A stretch of 64,000 nucleotides of DNA from Nemertoderma westbladi (lineage: Eukaryota; Animalia; Xenacoelomorpha): positions 98,919-162,918 of the forward strand of contig JAUCBJ010001457.1 in NCBI GenBank assembly GCA_032718475.1, given 5' to 3'. The number at the start of each line of letters is the position of its first letter. Position 1 is the stretch's first letter. This document shows positions 1 to 12,377 of this stretch, piece after piece. A program made the translations under genes and the position numbers. The notes under the pieces are model-generated. The model ran no database searches, had not been told where the DNA came from, and saw only the letters and a list, made by a program, of their open reading frames with translations.

Positions 1-2578
1 CATCTGGATGTCCAATAAACTTTAACGCCATTAACTTGGGAGGTCCTTCCAAACACTTGATGAGGAATCTAAATTTCTCTCCGTTGGATAGTACAGAATT
101 CTGTATGCTATCTTTGTAATATTCGTTGAAAGGTAACCATTTCATCTCATCTCCATTGAATTTGACGATCTCTCCCACTTTGACCGCTTGGCGGGCTTCT
201 GTTCTAGCCATCTGACGCGTAAAACTTTCTTGGGCCATCGTGTTATTTAATATCGAATTATCGGTATACAAATTTCTCGGATCATTATCAGGTCTATAGG
301 GAATATCATTAATAACAGGTCTATAATCACCCTTAATAGGGTTTGTTATAGGAGTTTCAACTTCACTAGCAGTATAGATGCGTGTAGGCTCCACACCTTG
401 CGCATGTAATACTTCAGACCTAACGGGTTGACACAATGTTACAGGGGGCATTGGTATGCCTTTTTGTATATTGACTAATTTGTCGCGTTCTAGCGCGATA
501 CTTTGCTGCACTTCTTGCAACTCTGCTCTACCTTCCCTCACTGTTCCCTTAAGTTGGTGGACAGTCTCCTGCATCTGTCCTAGCAGGAGATTCATCCCCC
601 GCCGTCCCTCTTCCACCCACTCAACCGCCGAAGCGGGAGTCGCCAACATAGTAGCGGGCTGACGCGGGACGACGGGAGACAAATTATTGATTTCTCTCTC
701 TGCTATCTGGACAGGGGTATTTGCATGGACTGTTCCACCGGGTACAGGCAGTGTAGTACTATGTAAAGGGAATTTAGAGTTAAGCTCTGGAAGTGTAGGG
801 GTCTCTAGCACAGAAGTGACTTTGGGAACAACAGGCCTAATTATTTCAGGTTCATCGACTATAGTAGGGAGTCTTTTGACCTGGATAAATTGTTCTATGG
901 GTTCTGCACTACCTAAGTCTGTGCTAGTTAGCTGTCTTTTAACAGCTGGGGGCAAATCAGGCAATTTGCGACGGTAATATGTTTTTCTACGCCTACTTAG
1001 ATGAGATCTATTTCCTCCGCCTTCAGGATCGGTAGTATCGCCTTCCTCCGAGGATGTGTATCCCTGGCGCTTGGGAGTAGATTTTCTCATCATCTGCATT
1101 TGATTAGCAGTAAACTGTTTATTTATACTGTCTTGTGTCTCTTGCAGATTTTCCAACTCCAGTTGGGTAGTCTGCTCAGATGCTCTCCTTTCTGCTTCTG
1201 CCACTGCCTTTGCTGCTTTTCTTTCTGCTTCTGCATCTGCCGCCGCTGCCTTTCTTTCTGCTTCTGCATCTGCCGCAGCCGCCGCCTTTGCTGCTTTTCT
1301 TTCTGCTTCTGCATCTGCCGCCGCTGCCTTTGCTGCTATTCTTTCTGCTTCTACTTCTGCCGCCGCTGCCTTTCTTTCTGCTTCTGCATCTGCCATAGCC
1401 GCCGCCTTTTGTTCCTCTATCCTTCTTTTCTTTATTTGTTCTTCTCGGACTCTAGTGAGACGGAGTTTTTCATCACATTCAGCTTGGTTTGCAGCTAACA
1501 TTTCGGCATCGATTGAGTCCAATACAAGCTTGGTTCCTTCACTATTAGGGGAAAGTCCAGACAGCCGTCTCCTCAACTCTTCGTCTCCTAGGAATCGCTG
1601 ATAGTCGGACAAATAAATGTCGATAGCGTCTCTAGTTCGCGGTTTCTCGGCGGCCTCTTCGCTTTCCGCTTGAGGAAGGGTGACATCAGTTGGTTCTTCA
1701 TAAGTTGATCTCTCAGCCAGCTGGGATTTCCACTGGGCCGTTTCCTGTACTTTGAGATCTACCCGATGTAGCCAAGTTTTGACAGCCACCTGCAGCGACG
1801 TGTCCTGTCTTCTTTTGGAAGTTTCCTCAAAGGCTGAGAGGATTAGTCGTATGCGTAGGGTTCTTTCGCGTATTTGATATAGCAGTTCTTCCTGCTCTTG
1901 AGGTCCGTGAGGTTGTCGAAACAGTTGTCCTTCCAATCGATCCAAGGATCCGAAGAATCCCTGCACATATCCTGCTGCCGACCTCTTCCAAATAGCTGGA
2001 TCCATTGTATCTTTAGCCACTCCCATCCTGTGTATATCTTCCCAAGTAGCCTCGGACAGATCCAACGGAAGTCCGAGTCCGGGAAAGTTCCATTGTGATT
2101 CAACAATAGATATCAATTCTTCCCTGGCGTATCCCGCGTAATTATCTTGGGTCGCTCGCTTATTCTTCGCCCAGTCGGCTTGATGTTCCTCCACCGCAAT
2201 GAATATAGTAGTTAGCACTGCAGCAGGAAGAGTAAGAAGGGGGTCCGAGTAGACTGTATCAGCCATCTGCACTCCATGTTCGGGAGTCAACTCTACAGTA
2301 TCCGAACTGCTGGAGCTATCGGGTCGCTGGGAAGTAGGTTCTTGACCAAGATGTTGCTGCGATAGGACAACTGCCTCTTGGTCCCGTTTTACCTGTGCCC
2401 GAGTGCCTATGATGGACCTATGGTGGACTAGCCTAGGGTCTGATACTACTGGAGGGATGACCTTTTTTACAGTAGGAGGTGAGCCGAACTCCTTTCTTAT
2501 TCGCTCCACACTCCTATCTGAATCACAGATAGTTGTATCGATCAGACTGTCCGACAGGTTTTGCTGAGTGTCAGACAT
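1..2578 (-). CDS. gag of BEL/Pao element C (partial, frameshifted), with an Ala/Glu/Lys coiled-coil repeat at ~1180-1410
   Basis: ATG at 2578 (MSDTQQNL...). AEAERKAAA-type repeats and the gag motif at the left end. The ATG and the motif are in different frames, so at least one indel is present. Confidence 0.6.
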   Translation of the reverse strand, partial: MSDTQQNLSDSLIDTTICDSDRSVERIRKEFGSPPTVKKVIPPVVSDPRLVHHRSIIGTRAQVKRDQEAVVLSQQHLGQEPTSQRPDSSSSSDTVELTPEHGVQMADTVYSDPLLTLPAAVLTTIFIAVEEHQADWAKNKRATQDNYAGYAREELISIVESQWNFPGLGLPLDLSEATWEDIHRMGVAKDTMDPAIWKRSAAGYVQGFFGSLDRLEGQLFRQPHGPQEQEELLYQIRERTLRIRLILSAFEETSKRRQDTSLQVAVKTWLHRVDLKVQETAQWKSQLAERSTYEEPTDVTLPQAESEEAAEKPRTRDAIDIYLSDYQRFLGDEELRRRLSGLSPNSEGTKLVLDSIDAEMLAANQAECDEKLRLTRVREEQIKKRRIEEQKAAAMADAEAERKAAAAEVEAERIAAKAAAADAEAERKAAKAAAAADAEAERKAAAADAEAERKAAKAVAEAERRASEQTTQLELENLQETQDSINKQFTANQMQMMRKSTPKRQGYTSSEEGDTTDPEGGGNRSHLSRRRKTYYRRKLPDLPPAVKRQLTSTDLGSAEPIEQFIQVKRLPTIVDEPEIIRPVVPKVTSVLETPTLPELNSKFPLHSTTLPVPGGTVHANTPVQIAEREINNLSPVVPRQPATMLATPASAVEWVEEGRRGMNLLLGQMQETVHQLKGTVREGRAELQEVQQSIALERDKLVNIQKGIPMPPVTLCQPVRSEVLHAQGVEPTRIYTASEVETPITNPIKGDYRPVINDIPYRPDNDPRNLYTDNSILNNTMAQESFTRQMARTEARQAVKVGEIVKFNGDEMKWLPFNEYYKDSIQNSVLSNGEKFRFLIKCLEGPPKLMALKFIGHPD

Positions 2579-3912
2579 GTTTAGTTATACAGTTGAAGGC
2601 TTACTGCTATAGTTACAGTTAAAGCAAGTCTAGTAATTCAGTATAACCACTGGCCTAGTACCGGTAATTTATTGCAGTATATTAGAATACCGGTATGCAC
2701 TTATAATATATATAAGTATTGTGAACTAGGTTTGTCACAGAGTACCGGTATATAAATTTAGCACAGATATATATAAATATATAATAGGCCTATAGTGAAT
2801 ACCGGTATACAGCTTACACTTATAGTATATAAGTATAATTATGAACTAGAATTAATTACAGAGTACCGGTATGATTTCAGCTCAAATTTATAGAAATAAA
2901 TATAATAAGCCTATAGTAAGCACCGGTATGTCAATTGTTTTTAGAATAATTGAATTCCTGAATATTTTAGGGTTACTTAGTTACTTTAACTTACTTTATT
3001 ACCGTTATTTAAGCAGTAGTCCAACTGATAGCGAGACCTAGTTGTTGTATGGCAGGCCTACTATTTATAAATCGTTTGATTTGATTTATAATATTTATAT
3101 ACCCGTTTATATGGGTTTTTGTCAATATTTGAAATAAATGTTATTATTTCTGGGGGAGTCACTACACAGAAGCTGAACGCCTCTCAGTGAAGTGCTATTT
3201 ATTTGACACTAAAACTGATAATTCTAATTTACCTAAGTTACTTAATACTACAAATTACTTACGATACGGGTGAGATTAATTCTCTAATTAAACACAACAA
3301 AATATTACGTACGAAATTTTTAGGGTAATTTTACAGGAAGTCTACAAACCAGTCCAACAAAGGGTTAGATTTCTGGTTATTACAAAGGACAGGGTACTAC
3401 GGTATTTAAATAATAAGTAGTAGTAAATATATTGTACTGTCCAGATAGGAAAATACCACCGCCTGACGACCTATAACCGTATCGCTATAGGTACTACGTT
3501 ATGTATCACGGATTGTTCCTACCCAGAAGCTAATAGAGCTAACGAATGTGCCTATCAACCACTTTACAACACAAATATACTGCCTACACTAATTACTTCG
3601 GAAAGCACTGTACACTAAACCCTAAATTAGGTACAAGTACCGGTATAACAAATAATCAGTAGTTAAATATACTTGAACAGTTAAAAGAACCACGGCATCT
3701 GCTGGAGTGACCGAAGCACAAAATCTCCAGTCTTTACCTACGCCGAGCAGCCCTGATGTAGTACCGGGGTTAGTTTAACTATAACGGTATGTATAACAAG
3801 CACAATTACTGTAGGAATAAACTTGGGGACATGAATGTTGCGAATAATCGCATAAACTCTGAATAATAAATATTACGCTACCCGTACAGAATACTCAAAC
3901 AAAATACAAACC

Positions 3913-4420
3913 AAACGCTGGCAAACTACTATCAAGCCTAAACAAACTACAGTATGTGCAGATTCTGAAACTGTTAGTTAGTATGCGTTCTAACACGGTA
4001 GTACGACTTACTCTTTAAGAGGGGATTGACCTTACAGCTTATGGCTGCCCCAACTTACTAACGGCACTTTATCAGACCAACTCTACACACGCAGCAATCC
4101 CTTCAGACCTAAAAATAGCTAGACAACAATCCAGCCTACAAATATTTGAGTAATAACTATTACGGTACCTGAACAGACCACACAAACAAACACAGGCTAA
4201 AACACTGGCAGACTACGATCAAGCCTAAATAAACTACAGTATATGCAGACTCTGAAACTGTTAGTTAGTATGCATTCTAACACGGTAGTACGACTTATTC
4301 TTTAAGAGGGGATTGACCTTACCGCATATGGCTGCCCCAACTTACTAACGGCACTTTATCAGACAAACTCTACACACGCCGTAATCTCTCCAAACTCAAC
4401 AACAGTCAGACAGCAGCTCA
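3913..4420. repeat. Two-copy ~287-bp direct duplication in the leader of element C
   Basis: The block ...ctgaaactgttagttagtatgc.ttctaacacggtagtacgactta.tctttaagaggggattgacctt... occurs at ~3961 and ~4248. Confidence 0.85.
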
Positions 4421-5923
4421 GCCTACAATTATCTGAACAATCTGAGCAGGGTCACACGCCTTCTGCTCAATATTAGCCTACTAGGAAATAAAACCGACAG
4501 AAATAGGTAAAATCTCAATAAAAATTCAGGGCTGCAGTCCCTGATTAAGTACTAAGACCTACCAGTATACAATAATCAAAATCGAATAATACTAAATGTA
4601 CTTGTACAGCAGTACCGGTACCGGTGATGACAGTTAGGCCTACTGACCTACAGAAGCACCGGTTCAGTTTTACCAGTCACTACGGTATTTTGCAACCTTA
4701 TTGCCTACTGCAATAAGATTATAAACTGTTACTGTTCGCGCTTTTGAAGACCTTTAGCAGTTTAACCTGCCAAAATTTATATGTCTTTTCGTTAATTAAA
4801 ACACCTTTAGCATACGACAACAATTTATGCTAATACACAAAACATTACCCGAAGTCAGCCCATGCGCGATCATTCACCCGATGGATCTACACCCGGGAGG
4901 CTGAATTCGGCTGCTTAAATTGTATTATTGCAGTGTAAGGTTGCAGTGTAAACTTACTGTATTATTCGATAGATCGTTAATAATTAATTTCTGACAGATA
5001 TTATTGGCTTTCGGGAAATATTAACAGTTCCTTTAGGACGTGGCGCTCTATCTATTTAAACAGAACTAGGACTTATACTAAACGCAACGATACTGCTTAT
5101 GATTAAAGTATAAAGCGTATTCTTTAGGAAATACTTTGTTACCAATCACAATCATACACACTATTCTGCCGACCGTCAGTATATTTGATCACACATAAAG
5201 AGAGCAGTAATTGACTCACGTAGGGTCTGCTAAATAACATTGGATTCAATACACACCACATTAATATAAATCGCAATTGTTATGTATAGCCGGTCTCTCT
5301 AACCTGTAGTGTATCAAGAAAATTGGGAATTTGGGTGATTTATCCGTATTATCCAAAGAGCAATATTTCCATCAACAAATAGGTACAATTAATAACTGAC
5401 GGTAAAATAACAGTACAAACAATATGATTAATGCAGTTAAATTAAGTGAGTATGTTAATTAGTTTCGGTAACAGTTTATACTTTCGATAATTCAAGCAGT
5501 TTTACTAGAGTTCTTCCCAAAAAGCCGGTGTTATGGCGAAAATGGGAACACAACAACAGAATCATATAAAATCATATGACTACTACCACTATACGAGTAT
5601 ACCAAAAACTCTTATTCCACGAAGCCCTGTTCAACACAGAGGATGAGCATAGAGATAGGAAATTCAGTTCAGTAGCGCTGGGATAGGTCGAAATCAACGC
5701 CTACGCAAATTCTATTGGCCGACACGAACAGCAAGGCTAAGGCAACCTCTCTAAGCTAGTTGGCCGATTAAACTGAGCCCAGATATCTCCGTACAGCACA
5801 TCAGCCAATAAGCTGGTAGCTTGCACTATTTTAGTTATAAATCCCTTTGAGAGTATTCTAGCGACTGGGGGGGAACTGGCCAGCAAAGGCAAACGTATCA
5901 GTTATCCCACAAAAGCTTTTACA

Positions 5924-8825
5924 CCAGGACCACGCTGAATCCAACGGTATTACTTTATACAGAGCCCAGGACCGCGCTGAATCCAACGGTATTACTTTAT
6001 ACAGAGCCCAGGACCGCGCTGAATCCAACGGTATTACTTTATACAGAGTCCAGGACCGCGCTGAATCCAACGGTATTACTTTATACAGAGCCCAGGACCG
6101 CGCTGAATCCAACGGTATTACTTTATACAGAGCCCAGGACCGCGCTGAATCCAACGGTATTACTTTATACAGAGCCCAGGACCACGCTGAATCCAACGGT
6201 ATTACTTTATACAGAGTCCAGGACCGCGCTGAATCCAACGGTATTACTTTATACAGAGCCCAGGACCGCGCTGAATCCAACGGTATTACTTTATACAGAG
6301 CCCAGGACCGCGCTGAATCCAACGGTATTACTTTATACAGAGTCCAGGACCGCGTTGAATCCAACGGTATTACTTTATACAGAGTCCAGGACCGCGCTGA
6401 ATCCAATGGTATTACTTTATACAGAGCCCAGGACCGCGCTGAATCCAACGGTATTACTTTATACAGAGCCCAGGACCGCGCTGAATCCAACGGTATTACT
6501 TTATACAGAGTCCAGGACCGCGTTGAATCCAACGGTATTACTTTACAGAGTCCAGGACCGCGCTGAATCCAACGGTATTACTTTATACAGAGCCCAGGAC
6601 CGCGCTGAATCCAACGGTATTACTTTATACAGAGCCCAGGACCACGCTGAATCCAACGGTATTACTTTATACAGAGCCCAGGACCACGCTGAATCCAACG
6701 GTATTACTTTATACAGAGCCCAGGACTGCGTTGAATCCAACGGTATTACTTTATACAGAGCCCAGGACCGTGCTGAATCCAACGGTATTACTTTATACAG
6801 AGCCCAGGACCGCGCTGAATCCAACGGTATTACTTTATACAGAGCCCAGGACCGCGCTGAATCCAACGGTATTACTTTATACAGAGCCCAGGACCGCGCT
6901 GAATCTAACGGTATTACTTTATACAGAGCCCAGGACCGCGCTGAATCCAACGGTATTACTTTATACAGAGCCCAGGACCGCGCTGAATCTAACGGTATTA
7001 CTTTATACAGAGCCCAGGACCGCGCTGAATCTAACGGTATTACTTTATACAGAGCCCAGGACCGCGCTGAATCTAACGGTATTACTTTATACAGAGCCCA
7101 GGACCGCGCTGAATCCAACGGTATTACTTTATACAGAGCCCAGGACCGCGCTGAATCCAACGGTATTACTTTATACAGAGTCCAGGACCGCGCTGAATCC
7201 AACGGTATTACTTTATACAGAGTCGAGGACCGCGCTGAATCTAACGGTATTACTTTATACAGAGCCCAGGACCGCGCTGAATCCAACGGTATTACTTTAT
7301 ACAGAGCGCAGGACCGCGCTGAATCCAACGGTATTACTTTATACAGAGCCCAGGACCGCGCTGAATCTAACGGTATTACTTTATACAGAGCCCAGGACCG
7401 CGCTGAATCCAACGGTATTACTTTATACAGAGCCCAGGACCGCGCTGAATCTAACGGTATTACTTTATACAGAGCCCAGGACCGCGCTGAATCTAACGGT
7501 ATTACTTTATACAGAGCCCAGGACCGCGCTGAATCTAACGGTATTACTTTATACAGAGCCCAGGACCGCGCTGAATCCAACGGTATTACTTTATACAGAG
7601 CCCAGGACCGCGCTGAATCCAACGGTATTACTTTATACAGAGTCCAGGACCGCGCTGAATCCAACGGTATTACTTTATACAGAGTCCAGGACCGCGCTGA
7701 ATCCAACGGTATTACTTTATACAGAGTCGAGGACCGCGCTGAATCTAACGGTATTACTTTATACAGAGCCCAGGACCGCGCTGAATCCAACGGTATTACT
7801 TTATACAGAGCCCAGGACCGCGCTGAATCCAACGGTATTACTTTATACAGAGCCCAGGACCGCGCTGAATCCAACGGTATTACTTTATACAGAGTCCAGG
7901 ACCGCGCTGAATCCAACGGTATTACTTTATACAGAGTCGAGGACCGCGCTGAATCTAACGGTATTACTTTATACAGAGCCCAGGACCGCGCTGAATCCAA
8001 CGGTATTACTTTATACAGAGCCCAGGACCGCGCTGAATCCAACGGTATTACTTTATACAGAGTCCAGGACCGCGCTGAATCCAACGGTATTACTTTATAC
8101 AGAGTCGAGGACCGCGCTGAATCTAACGGTATTACTTTATACAGAGCCCAGGACCGCGCTGAATCCAACGGTATTACTTTATACAGAGCGCAGGACCGCG
8201 CTGAATCTAACGGTATTACTTTATACAGAGCCCAGGACCGCGCTGAATCCAACGGTATTACTTTATACAGAGCCCAAGACCGCGCTGAATCCAACGGTAT
8301 TACTTTATACAGAGCCCAGGACCGCGCTGAATCCAACGGTATTACTTTATACAGAGTCCAAGACCGCGCTGAATCCAACGGTATTACTTTATACAGAGTC
8401 CAGGACCACGCTGAATCCAACGGTATTACTTTATACAGAGCCCAGGACCGCGCTGAATCTAACGGTATTACTTTATACAGAGCCCAGGACCACGCTGAAT
8501 CCAACGGTATTACTTTATACAGAGCCCAAGACCGCGCTGAATCCAACGGTATTACTTTATACAGAGCCCAGGACCGCGCTGAATCTAACGGTATTACTTT
8601 ATACAGAGCCCAGGACCACGCTGAATCCAACGGTATTACTTTATACAGAGCCCAAGACCACGCTGAATCCAACGGTATTACTTTATACAGAGCCCAGGAC
8701 CGCGCTGAATCCAACGGTATTACTTTATACAAAGCCCAGGACCGCGCTGAATCCAACGGTATTACTTTATACAGAGCCCAGGACCGCGCTAAATATAACT
8801 GTATTACTTTATACAGAGCCCAGGT
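5924..8825. repeat. Minisatellite, 42-bp unit ACAGAGCCCAGGACCGCGCTGAATCCAACGGTATTACTTTAT, about 69 copies
   Basis: Head-to-tail near-identical units, giving a 14-aa periodicity in the ORF track. Confidence 0.98.
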
Positions 8826-8954
8826 TTGAACATGGGACATAATCACTTTCGACTCATGAGTCGTAACAAACGACTTATGACATACCAGAGGAAACGCTCC
8901 CATTGAAACCAATGTGTTCCATAATTTATTACCTAGCAACTCATATTGCACACT

Positions 8955-10530
8955 ACAGAAATGCAAGGTAATGCATATTGGTCGCTCTAACCCCAGGTAC
9001 ACTTACACCCTCGGGTCACACACACTGGAGACAACCGAAACAGAGAAAGACTTGGGTGTGAACTTAGATGATTCTCTCCAGTTCTCATTGCACATAGCCA
9101 CTATCGTGAAGAAGGCAAATAAGGTTCTGGGGCTAGTATATAGAAGCTTTAATCACCTCAATGAAGACATGTTCATTAGTCTCTAAGTCACTTGTCCGTC
9201 CTTGTGTGGAATACGCATCTCCAGTTTGGTCACCCAGCCATGTAGGAGAAAGCCGCCTACTTGAGTCTGTCCAACGTCGGGCTACCCGTTTGGTAGCGGG
9301 CCATCGTGACCTTCCATATCCGGAGCGACTGCGTCGCTTGGGACTACCTACTCTGGAATACCGACGTTCTCGCGCGGACCTTATTCAATTATATCGCATG
9401 CTAACGGGTGTTGATGCTGTCGATTGGCAGAGTTCCTTCTCCTTATCGTCAACTGTCTGTCGCGGTAACTCTTTAAAACTCACCAAACCGACCGTCCGTC
9501 TGAAAATCCGGGCCGATTCGTTCCACTTCCGAGTCATATCTCCCTGGAATGCTCTTCCTGATGTGGTTGTTACTTCCCCAAGTGTGAATATATTCAAATC
9601 GAACTTAAATGACCATTACAACTCTGCTACTAAGTTCTACCCATCCTGGTGGAATTAATCTAATCTAATCCACTTGTTCACATAATCTATCTAACTCATA
9701 ATTACTGTAAATCTTATTTAGCCGTATATTTTATTAATCTTATTTTAACTTCAGTTTTTTTTTTTTACCGCTATTTTTTTTATTGAATTTCTACCGTTTT
9801 ACTTTACTACTTATTTTATTTAATTTTCCCATTTGTTAAAAATTGTATATCGTATTTCCCCAGTTGCCCTATTTTTACTCACATGCTATGCAATCTGTTA
9901 TGCATTAATCTTTTATCTTCATGAATTTGTACCGTTTTACTATTGTACTGTATCGTATCTGTTTTATTTAATTATCCATTCTCAGTTGTTTTTATTACCT
10001 TTTTTTTAATGAATTTGTACTGTTTTACTTTACTTTTGTAGGCCTACCTATTTTATTTTATTTTATTTTCCAGTAGTTATACAATGTATGTATATCGATC
10101 GTATTGTTATGCTGTCACACATTCCGGAATCACAGTTCCCAGTTGTTCTATTTTACTCACATGTTGTGCAATCCCACTTTAATTATTTATCTACCACTGC
10201 GTTGTACATTATATAGCCAATAATCTTATTCTGTTTACACCGTATAGATTACTTTTATGCCATTAATTTTTATCTATTTTTATCTAGATAGTCCACGTGA
10301 TATATAAACTTTTATTTACGTTGCGCCATTTTATTGTACTATGGAGACATGCCGTAAATGCTAAATGTATGTTGCATTCTACCTTATTGTGTTGTTTAAA
10401 TGTTTGAGTAATTCTTATATTTTTAAAGTTTAATTTCCGCTTACATATCGTGATTTATGGGACCCTATAAGTTCTCAACTTTCTTGTTCCTGTAACTTTT
10501 AATAATAATTAATAATAATAATAATAATAA
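8955..10530 (+). mobile_element. 5'-truncated CR1/L2-type LINE (RT C-terminus, AT-rich 3' UTR, (TAA)n tail)
   Basis: Motifs KCKVMHIG, EKDLGV, LVRPCVEYASPVWSP and LESVQRRATRLV are typical of CR1-group ORF2. Frameshift at ~9183 and a (TAA)n run at 10500-10530. Confidence 0.85.
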
Positions 10531-10929
10531 TATTCTTTACTTAATTTGTAGGTCTAGATAGTAGGCCTAAAGCTGGAATAGAAACAAATTAAATTCAAAT
10601 TGCCCGCGGGAGCCATTCAGCAATTACATCTGAACTCTTACTCCCCATTAACCCGCTCGTGTGGGGTGGTCTCTCCTCTTTTGAACCTTTTTATCAACAA
10701 TTTTATGGGACTTTGAGAACCTAGTGTTATAATATTATGTGATGGCTAGTCTGTTTCTCTATCTAACTTTTCTATCTAACTTTCTATACCGGTAGGCGGT
10801 AGGCCCTATGCTTATTTGCTGATTTATGATAACTGATAAGTTAATCATTATTTTTAATTCAAATTTAACAAACGTTAATCTTACCGCAGTACCGGTAACT
10901 GGGTAGTGGGTAATTCTGCAGTAATTACA

Positions 10930-11942
10930 ATGAAAGAAAATAATCCTGGGAGAGCGAACTTACTTAAATGGGGAACTCTAGTAATACTCGTCGTCCAGAC
11001 AACTTTTATGGTTGTAACTCTTCGGTATTCGCGCACCTCCACCCCCGACGATTCTCCTAAGTACGTCATATCAACAGCCGTAGTCTTGGCGGAGATATTG
11101 AAAATAGGGATATGTTGCGGGACTGGTTTACTGGCAATGCGGCCGAGATGCGTCGACATTCATATCGGAACTACGAACGGAGTTTATAGACCGGTGGTAC
11201 GACTTCCTTAAACTCTCTGTGCCCGGCGGTTTATACGTCGTACAAAACAATCTCCTATTCGTGGCTTTATCCTACCTCGACGCGGCGACATACCAAGTTA
11301 CTTACCAACTCAAGATTCTAACGACAGCTATGTTTTCTGTGACAATGTTGAATAAACAATTAACCTGGAATAAATGGACCGCGTTGGTGGTTTTAATGGT
11401 GGGAGTCGCGTTTGTGCAGTGGCCCACCGAGTCTACTGAACACGTATCTAAGAGTTTAGGCCTCGGTGGCCAACTCATAGGGGTCTCCGCCGTGGTTGCT
11501 GCCTGTTTCAGCAGCGGTTTCGCCGGCGTTTATTTCGAGAAAATCTCTAAAAGGCAGCGAACAGAGTGTCTGGCTGCGGAACATACAACTCGGTGTGTTC
11601 GGAGTGTTTTTCGGGCTCGCCACCGTTGTCACCGTAGATTTCTCTTCCGTCGTTAGCGGTGGATTCTTCCAGGGTTACAGACCCATCGTCTGGTTGGTTG
11701 TAATCAACCAGGCCGCCAGTGGTCTCATTGTAGCCGCAGTCATTAAGTACGCCGATAACATCCTCAAAGGTTTCGCTACTTCTGTTTCTATTATCAGCAG
11801 CAGTTTGTTCAGTTATCTCGTTCTCTCGGATTTTACGCCAACTTCTTATTTCGTTATCGGCAGTCTCCTGGTTATTGGTGCCACGTTTCTGTACGGCTAC
11901 GAAATTAAAGTTGGTAAATATAAAGCCGCTATAAAAGTTTAA
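10930..11942 (+). CDS. SLC35A: SLC35A-family nucleotide-sugar (UDP-Gal/UDP-GlcNAc) transporter, intronless, two apparent +1 frameshifts
   Basis: Motifs [67 protein letters not shown] and [15 protein letters not shown] are spread over three ORFs. Removing an extra G at ~11118-11120 and an extra base at ~11546 joins them. Confidence 0.9.
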
Positions 11943-12332
11943 AGGCCACAATTATTTTATTTATTATTTGGTTTATCGTGGTTATCGTGGTTGAATAGCA
12001 TTCCATTGGTTTAAACCTCTTGGTTCGTTTGTGTAGAATTTCTCGACCCGGTACCGGGTTTTCTTTTTTTACCTTCATAATCCTTTTTAGTTATATGCCA
12101 ATGTATACAGGTATTCGTTGCAGCACTTCCTGAGTTTCCATTTTCCCCTCTTTAAACGTTTTCTCGGATTTATCCTATTCCCCTTTTTGTTTAATGATGA
12201 ACCCCCTAAACCAATATCAACCGGGCCTATCCTATATTAACATAACTATTAAATAGATTTAGTCCGTAGAACTTCAGAACGTAGACATTTAAGCATTACA
12301 GTGCTGCTGTAGTAACTGTAATGTGGTTGTAG

Positions 12333-12377
12333 CAAGGACTACTATACTACTATACTACTTTAGTATAGTAGTCCTTG
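12333..12377. mobile_element. 45-bp P-element-like remnant: 17-bp TIRs CAAGGACTACTATACTA with 8-bp TSD GGTTGTAG
   Basis: Perfect inverted repeats at 12333-12349 and 12361-12377. GGTTGTAG at 12325-12332 and 12378-12385. Confidence 0.8.

Larger units (their letters stand above)
1..5923 (-). mobile_element. BEL/Pao LTR retrotransposon C, 5' part (putative 5' LTR ~4921-5923, long leader, gag); continues beyond window start
   Basis: The minus strand near 1-190 translates as KFNGDEMKWLPFNEYYKDSIQNSVLSNGEKFRFLIKCLEGPP, a BEL/Pao gag (DUF1759-like) motif. TGT...ACA ends at 4921/5923 are consistent with an LTR. The partner LTR is outside the window, so the boundaries are unverified. Confidence 0.7.

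Noticed and set aside
1001-1498. Cys/Phe-rich ORF on the + strand
   Set aside because: Antisense reading of the gag coiled-coil repeat.
5858-9002. Long ORFs (224-824 aa) on both strands
   Set aside because: Artefacts of a 42-bp unit that is stop-free in several frames. No unique domain.
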